DNA of 64,000 nucleotides, from NCBI GenBank assembly GCA_015058945.1, contig SVBF01000012.1:1763-65762 (forward strand), written 5' to 3'. Shown one piece after another: positions 23,889 to 35,400 of the stretch. Position numbers and translations under genes: made by a program. The stretch's first letter is position 1; every line of letters starts with the position of its first letter. Below the pieces are notes generated by a model. It was not told the DNA's origin. It ran no database searches and was given only the letters and a program-made list of their open reading frames with translations. The stretch comes from Erysipelotrichaceae bacterium. Lineage in GTDB: Bacteria; Bacillota_I; Bacilli_A; RFN20; CAG-826.

Positions 23889-24653
23889 CTATCTTTTCTT
23901 GTACATGACAAGTTTTGGATCAGAACCTCCCTTGCCATAGGTGCAAATAAGGATGAAGTCCACATTGGCTACGACGCCATAGCAAAACCCCATGTCGGTT
24001 TCGGACTCGAGCTGAGTGCCTAGGTACGTTGTTTCATCGTTGAGGAATTTCACCTTCGCCCCGTTAGACAATGGGTATTCCAAGTTTACATATGAGCCTA
24101 CGAGGGCGCTTAGCTTGGTTACTGGGGGCATACCTTCGATGTGCAGGCCGTTTATTTCTTCGATTAATGTTTTCTTAAAGGCATCGAACTTCCCTTGATC
24201 GCTTAGTTCGTCATGGCGTTTCCAATAGTTGAGGTGGGGAAGCTTTTCCTTCATATAAGCGCGAGCCTCTTCCTCGGAAAACCCTTCCTTGGCCATATGG
24301 GGAACGCAGACATCGATGAGATCATCCATGTTGTCATAAGTGTAGGTCCCGTCCGCATAGCACCATTTGCAATACTCCTCGTTTAGGGAACCGTCGACGT
24401 TCTTGCCGATGATCGAATCATCTAGCGGCATGCCGCAGCACTGGCAATAAAGGGGATGAGGAGAACCAAGCAGCGTATTAATCGAAACGTTGAAGAGCTT
24501 AGAGAGCAGCTTCAGTGTCTCCGTTGCGGGAACCGTCTCTCCGTTTTCCCAGCGCGAAACCGCTTGCCTCGTCACGAAAACCTTTTCCGCAAGCTCGTCT
24601 TGGGATAGCCCGTTTTTGGTCCTGAGCTCATATAGAATTTGTTTTGTTTCCAT
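23889..24653 (-). CDS. XRE family regulator with a zinc-ribbon domain
   Basis: HTH_3 (LSQDELAEKVFVTRQAVSRWENGET), CQCCGMP...YCKWCY; GGAGG RBS. Confidence 0.9.
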   Translation of the reverse strand: METKQILYELRTKNGLSQDELAEKVFVTRQAVSRWENGETVPATETLKLLSKLFNVSINTLLGSPHPLYCQCCGMPLDDSIIGKNVDGSLNEEYCKWCYADGTYTYDNMDDLIDVCVPHMAKEGFSEEEARAYMKEKLPHLNYWKRHDELSDQGKFDAFKKTLIEEINGLHIEGMPPVTKLSALVGSYVNLEYPLSNGAKVKFLNDETTYLGTQLESETDMGFCYGVVANVDFILICTYGKGGSDPKLVMYKKR

Positions 24654-24805
24654 CGTTTTTGCCTCCGGCGAAATCATATCAAACAGCCTTTTGTCAGAGT
24701 AGCAACGTCCTGTTGCGGTCTCTCTAAAGCGTCGTAATGAGAAAAAGCCGCGTTTGCTGGAATATCAAAATCTCGATAAAACATTATCGTCAGGAGGCAA
24801 CAATA

Positions 24806-25066
24806 ATGACCATTCTCCCTTCGACTTCCTTGCGAAACAAATACAGCGAAATCTCCGAACGTTGCAAAGCAACCGGAGAGGCAATTTTTCTTACAAAAAA
24901 TGGCGAGGGCGATCTTGTCGTTATGTCTATAGAGGCGTACGAAAAGAAGGAGGCTCTCCTGGTCTTGAAAGAACGGCTCCTAGACATTGAGTTAGAGCAG
25001 AGAAGCGGCGCGAAATACTATAGTTTGGACGAACTCGATTCCGCGTTGAAAAGGATTGTCGGTTAA
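24806..25066 (+). CDS. Type II antitoxin, Phd/YefM family
   Basis: ILP..SLRN.Y.EIS, IFLTKNGEGDLVVMSIEAYE; AGGAGG RBS. Confidence 0.9.
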   Translation: MTILPSTSLRNKYSEISERCKATGEAIFLTKNGEGDLVVMSIEAYEKKEALLVLKERLLDIELEQRSGAKYYSLDELDSALKRIVG

Positions 25067-25377
25067 TGGCTGAACTCAAGATTTTGATTACGCAGAGGGC
25101 GTTTTCCGACATCTGCGAACACATTCTTTTTGTTCGGAATGTCTCTTTAGAAGCTGCAAAGGAATTATACGAAGAAACTACGGCTTCGCTTCGCTCCTTA
25201 TCATCGTTTCCGGAAAGAAACCCAGAAATACAAGATTTGAGGATCGCCGGTGCCCGCATCCGAAAAATGTCGATTCACAATGGACACTACGTCGCCTTAT
25301 ATAAAGTCGATGGCGATACGGTTGTCGTCTATGATGCCGTCGATTCGCGAAAGGACAACTCGATTCTAAAATTGTAG
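25066..25377 (+). CDS. Type II toxin, RelE/ParE family
   Basis: Translationally coupled to the antitoxin; 103 aa with LSSFPERNP, Y..LYKV, V.V. Confidence 0.85.
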   Translation: MAELKILITQRAFSDICEHILFVRNVSLEAAKELYEETTASLRSLSSFPERNPEIQDLRIAGARIRKMSIHNGHYVALYKVDGDTVVVYDAVDSRKDNSILKL

Positions 25378-25509
25378 GGAACGCTTATTACGAGAGCGGA
25401 TCCTTTTACGTCATTACGTATGCCCTATCTAGAAAGATGGACCAAATCAAACCGTTGCAAAAAATGCAACTGTTGCCTCGGCGAGTAGGGGCGTTTTTGG
25501 TGGTTGAGT

Positions 25510-27306
25510 TTATTCCGAAACGGTCGAGGTTGGCGCGGCCTTGGCCAAGGCTTCGGCGACATAAGCGGCATCAAAGAATTGTTCGGGCTCGATTTCGATA
25601 TCGGGCTCGACCCCGCTATCGATGTTGTGGCCGCTATTGTCAGACAAGCAGAAGTAGGAAGAGCGGAAATAGGTGAGGCCGTCGGCGCTGGCGCCGAACA
25701 TGATCGAGCAACTTCCCCCGCCCGTTTTTTGACCGATTGTCTGATAGCCGATCTCTTTTAAAAGAGAGGGCAGCAAATTCCCACAGGAGAAGGCGCAAGG
25801 AGAAGTCAGGACAACGATATTCAAAGCCTTGAATTTATCCGCTTCCTTAACATCGGCATCGTCGAATTTTCCATCGAGGTTTATGTCGATTTTATAAGTC
25901 TTACTAGTGCAGGTTTTTTCTGCCACGTTGTTCATGGTGAACGTGGAGCTGGCCTGATTAAGCAGGCCGACGATGGCCGTCAAGGCGAGCGAATTCCCTC
26001 CCCCGTTTGTCGAGAGGTCAATCACCACGTTTTTGGCGCCGTCTTCCAGGGCTTGGTAGAGCTTTTCACGGACATGGGCAAAGGAGTCCTCCGTGGGGAT
26101 TTTGGTCTGATCCAAATCTTTGTAATAGGCATCCCAGCCTAAATAGTCGGCCCTGAAAGAATCAAATCCAATATAAGAAGTTTTGCTCGCCTCGTCGTTA
26201 TGGTAATAATTCTCGCCGATTTCGCCGAAAGCGGACCTTTTTAGTCGGTTAATCTGCCCTTGCAAAGCCTCTTGGTTAAGCATGGAAACGACCATTTTGC
26301 GGCGTAGTTCTGCCGTCGCCTGATTGTCGGTGATGGCTTGATTGAGACGGTCTATCCAAGGGTCGCCACTGTCGAAAGTTTCCCCAAAAAGGTTCAGCAA
26401 AGTGTGTCCGCCATCATAAAGTCCAGAGAAGAGGCCAATCATTCCGACTTGGTATTGAATCCGATCAAGGGAGAGCAGCCACCGCTTTAGTTCGGGGTAG
26501 AGTTTTTGGATCGTCCCATCAAGGCCCAGGGAAAGGATGTTGTTATCAATAAAGGCCATTTGAGTGGTGAAGCCTCTGAAGTTGTCGATGTCCATGCAAA
26601 GAAGGTTATAGGAGAATTGGGCCAAATCTTCTTTTCTCTCGGTATCGGAACGAATCACTTCGTGAAATTGGCTGCCGTAATAATCGTCATCGCGGGTAAC
26701 TCCCTCGGATAATTCCCCGGTGTAGTCGAATTCATAGAGGTCTTTTTCGTTATAGGCGATGCATAGCATGTCGGACCCGGTTGCGATGTTGGCGATCATG
26801 GTAAGTGGCAAATAAGCGTCGCCATTATCGCCATAGGCGGGAATATGGTAGCTCTTTAAATCGATGGTCTTGGGGGCGGGGGTCGTTTGTTTTTCCTCGA
26901 CGAGTTCCGCATAGACTTTGGTGTTTTCCGAGATGAAATCCGGGTGATGGGAGATGCTTTCCAAGTCTTGCACCGTGAATATGTCCTTGTAGGCGTCAAG
27001 TTGGATGGAACCGCCTTTTTTCCATTGGAAGTCGAAATACTGATTTTGCTGCTTGAGCGTCACCTGGGTTTTATAGAATTCCTGAAAAAAGCGTTTGACT
27101 CCAATATAGGGGACATTGGGGTTTTCTTCGTAAAACCGAAGATTGATTTGGCGCGAAGGGACCAACCTTCCCGCATCATCCTTCTGGTTTCTTTGATAAA
27201 AGTTGACCGTCTTTTCTTCCCATTTGACGTCTTCTAAGGCCGAAGTTTCTCCGCAGCTAGACAAAACGGTGAGTAGCAAAGGAACAATTAAAAACAATTT
27301 TTTCAT
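25510..27306 (-). CDS. S41 family peptidase lipoprotein
   Basis: Lipobox LSSC, DGGHT, IDLSTNGGG, AFSCGN, GQKTGGGSC, GVEPDI. Confidence 0.85.
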   Translation of the reverse strand: MKKLFLIVPLLLTVLSSCGETSALEDVKWEEKTVNFYQRNQKDDAGRLVPSRQINLRFYEENPNVPYIGVKRFFQEFYKTQVTLKQQNQYFDFQWKKGGSIQLDAYKDIFTVQDLESISHHPDFISENTKVYAELVEEKQTTPAPKTIDLKSYHIPAYGDNGDAYLPLTMIANIATGSDMLCIAYNEKDLYEFDYTGELSEGVTRDDDYYGSQFHEVIRSDTERKEDLAQFSYNLLCMDIDNFRGFTTQMAFIDNNILSLGLDGTIQKLYPELKRWLLSLDRIQYQVGMIGLFSGLYDGGHTLLNLFGETFDSGDPWIDRLNQAITDNQATAELRRKMVVSMLNQEALQGQINRLKRSAFGEIGENYYHNDEASKTSYIGFDSFRADYLGWDAYYKDLDQTKIPTEDSFAHVREKLYQALEDGAKNVVIDLSTNGGGNSLALTAIVGLLNQASSTFTMNNVAEKTCTSKTYKIDINLDGKFDDADVKEADKFKALNIVVLTSPCAFSCGNLLPSLLKEIGYQTIGQKTGGGSCSIMFGASADGLTYFRSSYFCLSDNSGHNIDSGVEPDIEIEPEQFFDAAYVAEALAKAAPTSTVSE

Positions 27307-27567
27307 GGTTTGTTACCTCTGGTGTTCATCTTAAATGAAAACGCCCTCCCTATGAAGAAGGCTTTGCTAACGGATCCATCGCTCTTTCATGAGGCAAGGC
27401 GAGGGGTGAGGTTTTTCTATCTGCCGCGCACTGCTTGGCAACTAGAGCCTCCTTGCGCATATTCCCGCTTTTTGTGCGCTCACCGCAACCGGTGGTTGCC
27501 AAAACATAGGCCACGGTTGCTTGATTTTTACCTTTTCTATGTCACCCTTTGTGACGGAGGAACCACC

Positions 27568-29298
27568 ATGGATAAGAAACAACGGAAAGCCCTGCGCTCG
27601 CCCTACGTCCACACACTATTTCAAAACAACAAACTGAACTTTGCCATGACGGTCATCGCATCGTTATTAGAAAGCCTTGGGTATTTGATCGTGTCTTGGG
27701 TGCTGAAGGAAATCACGGATACTATCGCGGGGACCGCACAATATGGCCTTGCCGTGGCGGGAATCGTCGCTGCGGTAGCGGTTGTCGTTTTCCTCGTGGG
27801 GTGGGCCATCGACCAAGCCTTTTTCCCGAAGTTTCTAAGCGTGGCGATGAAACAATACCGTGCCCATGTATTCGAAAAACTGATGGGAAAAGGAATTCAA
27901 AGCTTTTCCAACGAAAACACCGCCTTGTATCTTTCGGCGCTTTCCAATGACGCGAACGTGATCGAGCAAGAGTTTCTGGGGAAGATCTCCGGCGCCGTCC
28001 AAGTCACCGTTTTGTTCGTCGGCGCGCTGACGTTAATGGTTGTCTATAGTCCTCTTTTGACCCTTGTCGCCATCGGTTTGTCGTTGCTCCCGATTCTGGT
28101 GTCCATCCTATTTGGAAATAAGGCCGCCGTCGAAGAGAAGCGCGTTTCCGATCAAAAAGAGAGTTACACCGCCACTCTAAAGGACGTCCTTTCTGGTTTT
28201 GCGGTCATCAAGAGCTTCAAGGCGGAGCGAGATATTATCCGTTTGCATCAAAGCGCCAACGGAAAAGTCGCCGAAGCGACCAGGCGACGCACCAAGGTCA
28301 ACATCCATATCGCCTATTCTTCGGGAATCGCCGGAGGGATATTGCAGATCGGCGTATTCGTTATCGCCTGCGTGTTCGCTTTGAATGGCATTGGCGAGGT
28401 AACCGCCGGCACCGCCATCGTATTTGTCCAATTGCTCAATTACGTCTTGGCGCCGATCCAAACCCTCCCACCTTTCTACGCGGGCATGAAGTCTTCCTTC
28501 TCGCTTATGGAAAAGCTTGCCTTAGAACTAAACAGGAACGTCGATGACACCGGCGAAAGCATCGTCCCTGAGTTAAATAAAGGCATCTCCATTCGGAATC
28601 TTTCTTTCGCCTACGACGAGAACAAACCGGTGCTTCATGGCGTCGATTTGGATTTGGCCGCGGGCGGTTGCTATGCTCTTGTCGGAGGCTCTGGCAGTGG
28701 TAAATCGACCTTATTGAATCTTTTGATGGCGTCCTCTCGTAACTATGAAGGGGAGATTAAATATGATGACCATGAGTTAAAAAACGTCTCTTCCCGTTCC
28801 TTATATGACCTCGTCTCCATCATCCAGCAGAACGTCTTCGTCTTCAATAGCACCATCAAGGACAACATCACCATGTTCTCTCCCTTCCCGGAAGAAGAGC
28901 TCGCCCGCGCCATCACGATGTCCGGATTAGGAAACCTCGTCAAAGAAAAAGGCGCCGACTATCTTTGCGGCGAAAACGGGTCGGGGCTTTCCGGCGGTGA
29001 GCGTCAACGCATTTCCATCGCCCGCGCACTCTTAAGGAAGACGCCGATTCTCTTCGTGGACGAAGCCACGTCTTCGCTGGACGCTCAAACGAGTTTCGAG
29101 GTTTTGGACGCTATAACGAACTTGCGTGACCATACTCGCGTCATCGTGACCCATGACTTAGACGAAAACATCTTACGTCGCTGCACGGGTCTCTTCGTTT
29201 TACGGAACGGCACGATCATCGAGAGGGGAAACTTCGAATCCTTAATGAAACAAAAAGGTTATTTCTATTCACTCTTTACCGTATCGCAGACGGAATAA
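27568..29298 (+). CDS. ABC exporter, fused permease and ATPase
   Basis: 6-TM domain, GGSGSGKS, LSGGERQR, DEATSSLD; GGAGG RBS before ATG 27568. Confidence 0.92.
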   Translation: MDKKQRKALRSPYVHTLFQNNKLNFAMTVIASLLESLGYLIVSWVLKEITDTIAGTAQYGLAVAGIVAAVAVVVFLVGWAIDQAFFPKFLSVAMKQYRAHVFEKLMGKGIQSFSNENTALYLSALSNDANVIEQEFLGKISGAVQVTVLFVGALTLMVVYSPLLTLVAIGLSLLPILVSILFGNKAAVEEKRVSDQKESYTATLKDVLSGFAVIKSFKAERDIIRLHQSANGKVAEATRRRTKVNIHIAYSSGIAGGILQIGVFVIACVFALNGIGEVTAGTAIVFVQLLNYVLAPIQTLPPFYAGMKSSFSLMEKLALELNRNVDDTGESIVPELNKGISIRNLSFAYDENKPVLHGVDLDLAAGGCYALVGGSGSGKSTLLNLLMASSRNYEGEIKYDDHELKNVSSRSLYDLVSIIQQNVFVFNSTIKDNITMFSPFPEEELARAITMSGLGNLVKEKGADYLCGENGSGLSGGERQRISIARALLRKTPILFVDEATSSLDAQTSFEVLDAITNLRDHTRVIVTHDLDENILRRCTGLFVLRNGTIIERGNFESLMKQKGYFYSLFTVSQTE

Positions 29299-29431
29299 AA
29301 CAAGCGGCGTCCCACTTATTTATTGGCTTTTGCTTTGGCGAATTGCTTTGGAAGCACTTTCGGGGAAACGATGGCAAAATTTTTCCTACCTGCGTGAAAA
29401 ATATGTATCATTTCTCCACGGAGGAACCCAA

Positions 29432-30496
29432 ATGAAATCCAAATTATTTATCCTAAGCCTTACTTTATTGGCCTCTCTTGCCTCTTGCGGGCAAAACGGA
29501 AGCTCTTCCAGCGAACCCGAGAAAAAGATGCTCGCTTCCTGGAACGAAACCAGCGCCTCAAGCCCCGTTGCCGTCTTAAAGCAATTCGTCAGGAATGCCA
29601 CGGACGAGAAATCGGACAAATTCATCCCCGTCTCCAAACGCGTCGCCGTCTTCGATATGGACGGCACCTTGTACGGCGAGCTATTCCCGACCTACTTGGA
29701 ATACCTCATGTTCATCCATCGCGCGAAATACGATGAGACGTACCACGCCGATAGCGAAACCCTCGCCTTAGCCAACGAACTGGAATCCCTCGCCGATAGC
29801 CATACCTATCCTTCCGGAACCGATATGCGCCACGCCCTCGCCGCCGCCAAAGCCTATGCGGGCATGACCCTTAAGGAATTCAATGACTATTGCGTCTCCT
29901 TCTTCAAGAAAACCCCCGATGGCTTTGAAAACATGACCTATGGCACCGCCTTCTACCAGCCGATGGCGGAAGTGGTGGATTACCTGCACGTCAATGACTT
30001 CCAAGTCTACGTCGTCTCGGGCTCGGACCGTTTCATCTGCCGCGCCTTATGCTGCGACTATCTCCATATCCCCGAAAACCACATCATCGGCATGGACGTG
30101 CGCCTCGCCGCCACGGGCCAAGGCGATAACGAAGGGGTCAACTACACGTTGAAGGACACCGACAAGATCGTCCGCACCGAAGACCTCCTCATCAAAAACC
30201 TTAAGTTCAACAAGGTCGCTCAAATCATCCAAGAGATCGGCATCCAGCCTGTGCTAAGCTTCGGCAATTCCGGCGGCGATACCGCGATGCACGTCTACAC
30301 CAAGACCAACAATCCATATCCCGCGGAGGCTTTCATGCTCGTCGCCGATGACGACGTCCGCGACTATGGCGTGCCCGAAAAGGCTGCAAAACTCGCTGCG
30401 GATTGGCAGGAAAAAGGCTTCCAAGTCGTCTCGATGAAGAACGAATTCAAGACGATTTACTCCCCGGAAGTTCGCCGCACCTCCCGCACGAAATAG
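29432..30496 (+). CDS. HAD-like acid phosphatase lipoprotein
   Basis: Lipobox LASC, FDMDGTL, SGS, FGNSGGD. Confidence 0.85.
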   Translation: MKSKLFILSLTLLASLASCGQNGSSSSEPEKKMLASWNETSASSPVAVLKQFVRNATDEKSDKFIPVSKRVAVFDMDGTLYGELFPTYLEYLMFIHRAKYDETYHADSETLALANELESLADSHTYPSGTDMRHALAAAKAYAGMTLKEFNDYCVSFFKKTPDGFENMTYGTAFYQPMAEVVDYLHVNDFQVYVVSGSDRFICRALCCDYLHIPENHIIGMDVRLAATGQGDNEGVNYTLKDTDKIVRTEDLLIKNLKFNKVAQIIQEIGIQPVLSFGNSGGDTAMHVYTKTNNPYPAEAFMLVADDDVRDYGVPEKAAKLAADWQEKGFQVVSMKNEFKTIYSPEVRRTSRTK

Positions 30497-30507
30497 AATC
30501 CTCTCAT

Positions 30508-30549
30508 AGGGGCTGTCGAAAACCTATTGGTTGATTGACAGCCCTTTTT
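30508..30549 (+). terminator. Intrinsic terminator
   Basis: GGGCTGTC...GACAGCCC followed by TTTTT. Confidence 0.65.
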
Positions 30550-30639
30550 ATATTTTTAACCCCATTAACGCCTTACTTGATATGGCGAAAATGAAATCAA
30601 GAGTTAATAATAATTAACAATTAGGGTTTGCATTTCACT

Positions 30640-31278
30640 ATGGGCAAAAAATATATCGGAAAACAAATGGCGGAATCCTCACGGTTCATTCGGTTTTTGG
30701 AGACGCTTGGGCCGGAGGATAGAAAGGAAGTCGCGGACCGAATCGACGTCTACGTCAAGGAGAACGAAATCTACTGCGACAAAGGCAATTATCAACACCT
30801 TTGCAACATTTTCACCTCCATGGCCTTGTACCACACATTGCTCGGGCGTTCCTATGCGCCGGAAGAAGCGGAAAACGTCGTCTTTGAGACGATGTACCGT
30901 TACATGGGCGACCAAAGGGCCAAGTTTCAAAAGCTATCCAAGAAGGGGTTGTTTTGGTCCCTCATCAAAAAAATCGTCCCCCTTGGATTTAAGATGGGGA
31001 GCGGCTATGGCTGGAAGTATACCTGGCATAAAAAAGGGGAACCGAAGAACATCTTTCGGTTTGAGTGTAACAGCTGCATCTACCAACAGCTGTTCAAGAA
31101 ATACGGACTGGAAAGGTTCGGCCCCAAGTTCTGCCATAACGACATCATCGTCTATGGCGAGCTAGCCCGTACCGACTTCATCCGTACCGGCACGCTTTGC
31201 CGCGGCGCGGACAAATGCGACTTCAAATTCGTCCGGTACAAAAAGGACGAGGCGTTCACGCGAAGCGAAAGCGTCTGA
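30640..31278 (+). CDS. L-2-amino-thiazoline-4-carboxylic acid hydrolase-like protein
   Basis: C.Y...F..YG, FC..D, RTGTL..G...CDF motif. Confidence 0.75.
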   Translation: MGKKYIGKQMAESSRFIRFLETLGPEDRKEVADRIDVYVKENEIYCDKGNYQHLCNIFTSMALYHTLLGRSYAPEEAENVVFETMYRYMGDQRAKFQKLSKKGLFWSLIKKIVPLGFKMGSGYGWKYTWHKKGEPKNIFRFECNSCIYQQLFKKYGLERFGPKFCHNDIIVYGELARTDFIRTGTLCRGADKCDFKFVRYKKDEAFTRSESV

Positions 31279-31325
31279 TTGCACCCTAATGGAATTGCCT
31301 CTTGCGGGGGGATGAAAGGATATCT

Positions 31326-32117
31326 ATGAAACCGAATTACGAGAACTGGATGCCCAAATGGATGGTGGTCGGATTATTTGCCGCCACCGGCGTGTTACTT
31401 GCCGGCGCGGTGGCGTTTTTGATCCCCACGATATTGGTATCGCCCTTCTATGCGATCGGCTTAGCGGCATGCACTTTGGGGTGCGGGCTCTGCCTATGGC
31501 TCTCGATCTTATTCGAAAAAATGAGGATCGCCTTTGATTACGACGGTGATCTCCACATCATGAAAAACGTCGCCGAAGGCACGGTCCGATACGTCAAGCT
31601 GACCAAGGGACAAAAAGGCTTGGATGTCGGCTGCGGCAGCGGGGCGCTTACGATCGCGTTGGCCAAGCTTTATCCCGAAGCCGAAGTCGTCGGCGTCGAT
31701 CGATGGGGTAAGGAATACGCCTCCTTCAGCAAAACCCTTTGCGAGAACAACGCCAAAGCCGAAGGCGTGAGCAATGTGAACTTCATGCAAGGCAATGCCT
31801 TGTCCCTCCCTTTTCCGGACGAAGCCTTTGACGCGATCGTCTCAAATTACGTCTACCACAACATCCCGTCCAGGGACCGGCAGTCGATCTTGCTCGAAAC
31901 GTTGAGAACCTTAAAGAAAGGCGGGAGTTTCGCGATCCATGACATCTTTTCTAAGGGTAAATATGGCGATATCGAATCCTTTGTAGAAAAACTGAAGGGG
32001 ATGGGTTATCGGGAAGTCGAACTCATCGACACCACCGACGGCCTGTTCTTCAGCGACAAGAAAGAAGCGAAAAGCGTCGCGCTTCAAGCCTCGAGATTAT
32101 TGAGGGGAATCAAATAA
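31326..32117 (+). CDS. Class I SAM-dependent methyltransferase with N-terminal TM helices
   Basis: LDVGCGSG, LPFPDEAFD, SNYVYHN, LKKGG. Confidence 0.88.
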   Translation: MKPNYENWMPKWMVVGLFAATGVLLAGAVAFLIPTILVSPFYAIGLAACTLGCGLCLWLSILFEKMRIAFDYDGDLHIMKNVAEGTVRYVKLTKGQKGLDVGCGSGALTIALAKLYPEAEVVGVDRWGKEYASFSKTLCENNAKAEGVSNVNFMQGNALSLPFPDEAFDAIVSNYVYHNIPSRDRQSILLETLRTLKKGGSFAIHDIFSKGKYGDIESFVEKLKGMGYREVELIDTTDGLFFSDKKEAKSVALQASRLLRGIK

Positions 32118-32429
32118 AGGCCCAAAGGCGATAGGGCGGACCAGGCAACCCGATTGAGAATGATCAAACCGCGATGTTGGGATTTTAGCGCGACGGATTT
32201 CAACCCTATGCCCGAATCTTGAGATCGTCTCTGCTCATAAGGCAGCAACCACCTTCACATCAGCATCTCCCATTTTCAAAACTCATCGCTCAAATGCGGG
32301 GACATGGAAAAGACCCGCTTTTTGATGCCCTGATTCTGTTTGGCGAAAAATGAGGTCTTTGGGAAAAGTGTTGTTGCGCTTTTGTGGCGTCGAGAAGAGT
32401 AGGCTAACGCAGTTAGGATGGACAGACCT

Positions 32430-35400
32430 ATGAAAAAGATCAAAACCGCAGTCATCGCATTACTAAGCACCCTGGCTTTAGCCGCCTGTGGAACAGGTGA
32501 GCAAGGCCCCCAAGGCATCCCTGGTCCCGCCGGCTCACAAGGCCCCGTCGGCCCGCAAGGCGAACAAGGAACCCAAGGGACTCAAGGCACCCAAGGCGAA
32601 CAGGGTCCTCAAGGCACTCAAGGAACCCAAGGCACCCAGGGTGAACAAGGCCCACAAGGCGAACAAGGATCCCAGGGCCCGCAGGGAGAACCTGGCCCCC
32701 AAGGCCCGCAAGGCGAACAAGGTTCACAAGGTCCTCAGGGTGAAAAGGGTGACAAGGGAGATAAGGGCGACAAAGGCGACAAAGGTGACCAGGGTGAACC
32801 CGGTGCCGATGGCGCTGATGGCGAAGACGGCGCTCAAGGTGAAAAAGGCGATAAAGGCGATACCGGTCCTCAAGGCCCCCAAGGCGAAACTGGGCCTCAG
32901 GGCGAACAAGGCGCCGACGGCACTTCGGTGCTTACGGGCACAGGTGCACCTTCGAATGATCTCGGAAATGTAGGGGATACCTATATCAATACCGCTAACT
33001 GGGATTTTTACGTCAAAGGAGAAAACGGTTGGGGCGACCCCGTCGGCAACATCAAAGGCGCCCAAGGAGAACAGGGTGAAACTGGTCCTCAGGGCCCGCA
33101 AGGCGAACAAGGCCAACAGGGCGCTCAAGGCTCGCAGGGCGAGCAAGGATCCCAAGGCGCCCAAGGTGAAAAGGGCGACAAGGGTGATGCCGGTGCTCAA
33201 GGTCCCCAAGGCGCTCAAGGCGAAACCGGACCGCAAGGCCCCCAAGGCGAAAAAGGTGCCGACGGTACTTCGATGCGCACCGGATCCGGCGCACCATCAG
33301 ACGAGCTTGGTAATGTGGGTGACTCCTACATCGATATCTCCAACTGGAATATCTATGTCAAAGGAGAAAATGGTTGGGGCGACCCCGTCGGCAACATCAA
33401 GGGTGCGGACGGCGCTCAGGGCGAAGCCGGACCTCAAGGCCCCCAAGGCGAGCAAGGATCCCAAGGCGCCCAAGGTGAAAAGGGCGAGCAAGGCGAACCG
33501 GGCAAATCTATGATCGGCTTCTTTGTTGAGACGATCTCCCAACTGGAAGCGGCCTCTAAAGTCGAGAACGCCTACATCATCATGATGGATACCATCGTGG
33601 TCGATCGAGACTTCACGTTAGATATTTCCGACAAAGAGATCAACGGTAGGTTCCGCGTCGAAGAAGGCCACACCTTCTCTATCGTTGGCGATGGCACGTT
33701 ATTCGCGGATGACACCTCGCCTTTGATCGATAACAAAGGCACCTTATCCATCGGTGAACTCGGAGAAGATGGACCAACGTTAAAGATGGTCTCAAAAGAC
33801 GACTCCAAGTCACTAGGCTACAACTCGTCGTTGATCACATCGGGCAACGAAACAGGTTTCACGCCGAATACCTACACCGCGGAATTCAGTTTATTCTCGG
33901 GATCGCTTTTAGGCGGTAAAAACAGCGTTGAAAACAAAGCCGACAGCGAAGCGTATATCAAAGGTGGCGAGCTGAAGCATACCGCGAACACGAGCGGTAC
34001 CGCGGCGCTACTTAACCTTGGCGATGCCCTTATTAGCGGTGGCGAAGTCTTAAGTTCAAACCACACCGGCCTTAAATGCGGCGATTACACGGTTGATACC
34101 GTGTCCTACGGAGGCTCGGCGGTTGTGAAAGGCGGCTTTATCAAAGGCAGCAGCGCGACGACGAACCTTTCTGCCGACGACCATTCAGCAATATCCCTAC
34201 AAGGCGGAACCTATGGTTACACCGATACCGCTTATATCGGTAAATATGTGGCCGACGGTTACACCTTATCCAAAGGCGCGAACTTCGTTGAAGCCAGACA
34301 TCCGACATCCGAAGACTACCTTTTGTATTACGCGAAGAGCAACGTGATAAATCACCCCGGCACCTATTCGGTCGCATACTCTGACGAGACGGAAAGAAAC
34401 AATGCCGTTAACTATTATTTGAATGAGCAGCCCTTTGGCGGCGATATGCAAGGCGTGTTCTGCTGCTTGCAAAATGGCCAAACGGTCAAACTGGCCCATG
34501 GCGAAAGCAGTATCGCGATCAATGAAGCTGTGCTTAATGGCAAATCCTTCATCATCGACTTAAACGGGCAAACGGTTGGAGATCATGAATATTCTTCCGC
34601 CCTTGCTTATTCCGCCCCGCTTAACCTTTCCGCTGCTGACGCAACCGTAACGATCATCGGCAACGGACAAGTCCTTAATAACACCATCGAAGGCGAGAGC
34701 GAACCGGGCACCTTCATCAACGTCGCTGCGAATGTGACGTTAAATGTCGAAGGCGGAAGCTATGCCCAAGACCCATCCACTTATGTCAACCCGTTGACGC
34801 ATCATGTCGACTTCAACAATGACACCCAACTTTATGACGTTCTTGCCGGCGGCATGGAATCGATCTCGTTCAACCAAGATTCGTACGCCCTTGTGTTGAA
34901 CGGAGAAGACGTTTCTTTCACCGTCATCGACAACAGAAGCATCCTCAGAGAAGCGACGGTCACATCCGGCGATGAAAGCGTCGTCACGATCGTGGATGGT
35001 AAATTACATGCCGTCGCCCTTGGAGAAGCGACGATTACCGCGTCGTTTGATTTCGCGGGTGAGCATTTTGAGGCCCAAGCTGGCGTTATCGTCAAAGAAC
35101 CTCTTCGATCGTTAAGCATCGAAGGCGACGAAGAGCGCACGGCATATAAAAACAACCAAATCCAATTGGTGCCCGTCCTTAGCCCGGATGAAAAATATGT
35201 CCTTGACCCCACGCTGACTTGGACATCATCCAATACCGGTTTTGCCACCGTCGATTCCGAAGGGAAAGTCACGATCAAAGGCGATAATGGCAGCGTGACC
35301 ATCACTGTAACCAACGAAGCCACGGGATTATCCGACTCGGTCACGTTTAATGTTCCTAGACATGGAACCGTCGCCGAAGATCCGCTAACTTTTTCTGAAG

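Noticed and set aside
32118-32429. Possible gene remnant or riboswitch upstream of the collagen-like gene
   Set aside because: No recognisable aptamer consensus or protein motif.
32492-33503. CRISPR array or DGR template in the repetitive DNA
   Set aside because: The repeats are in-frame collagen codons; there are no cas or reverse transcriptase genes.
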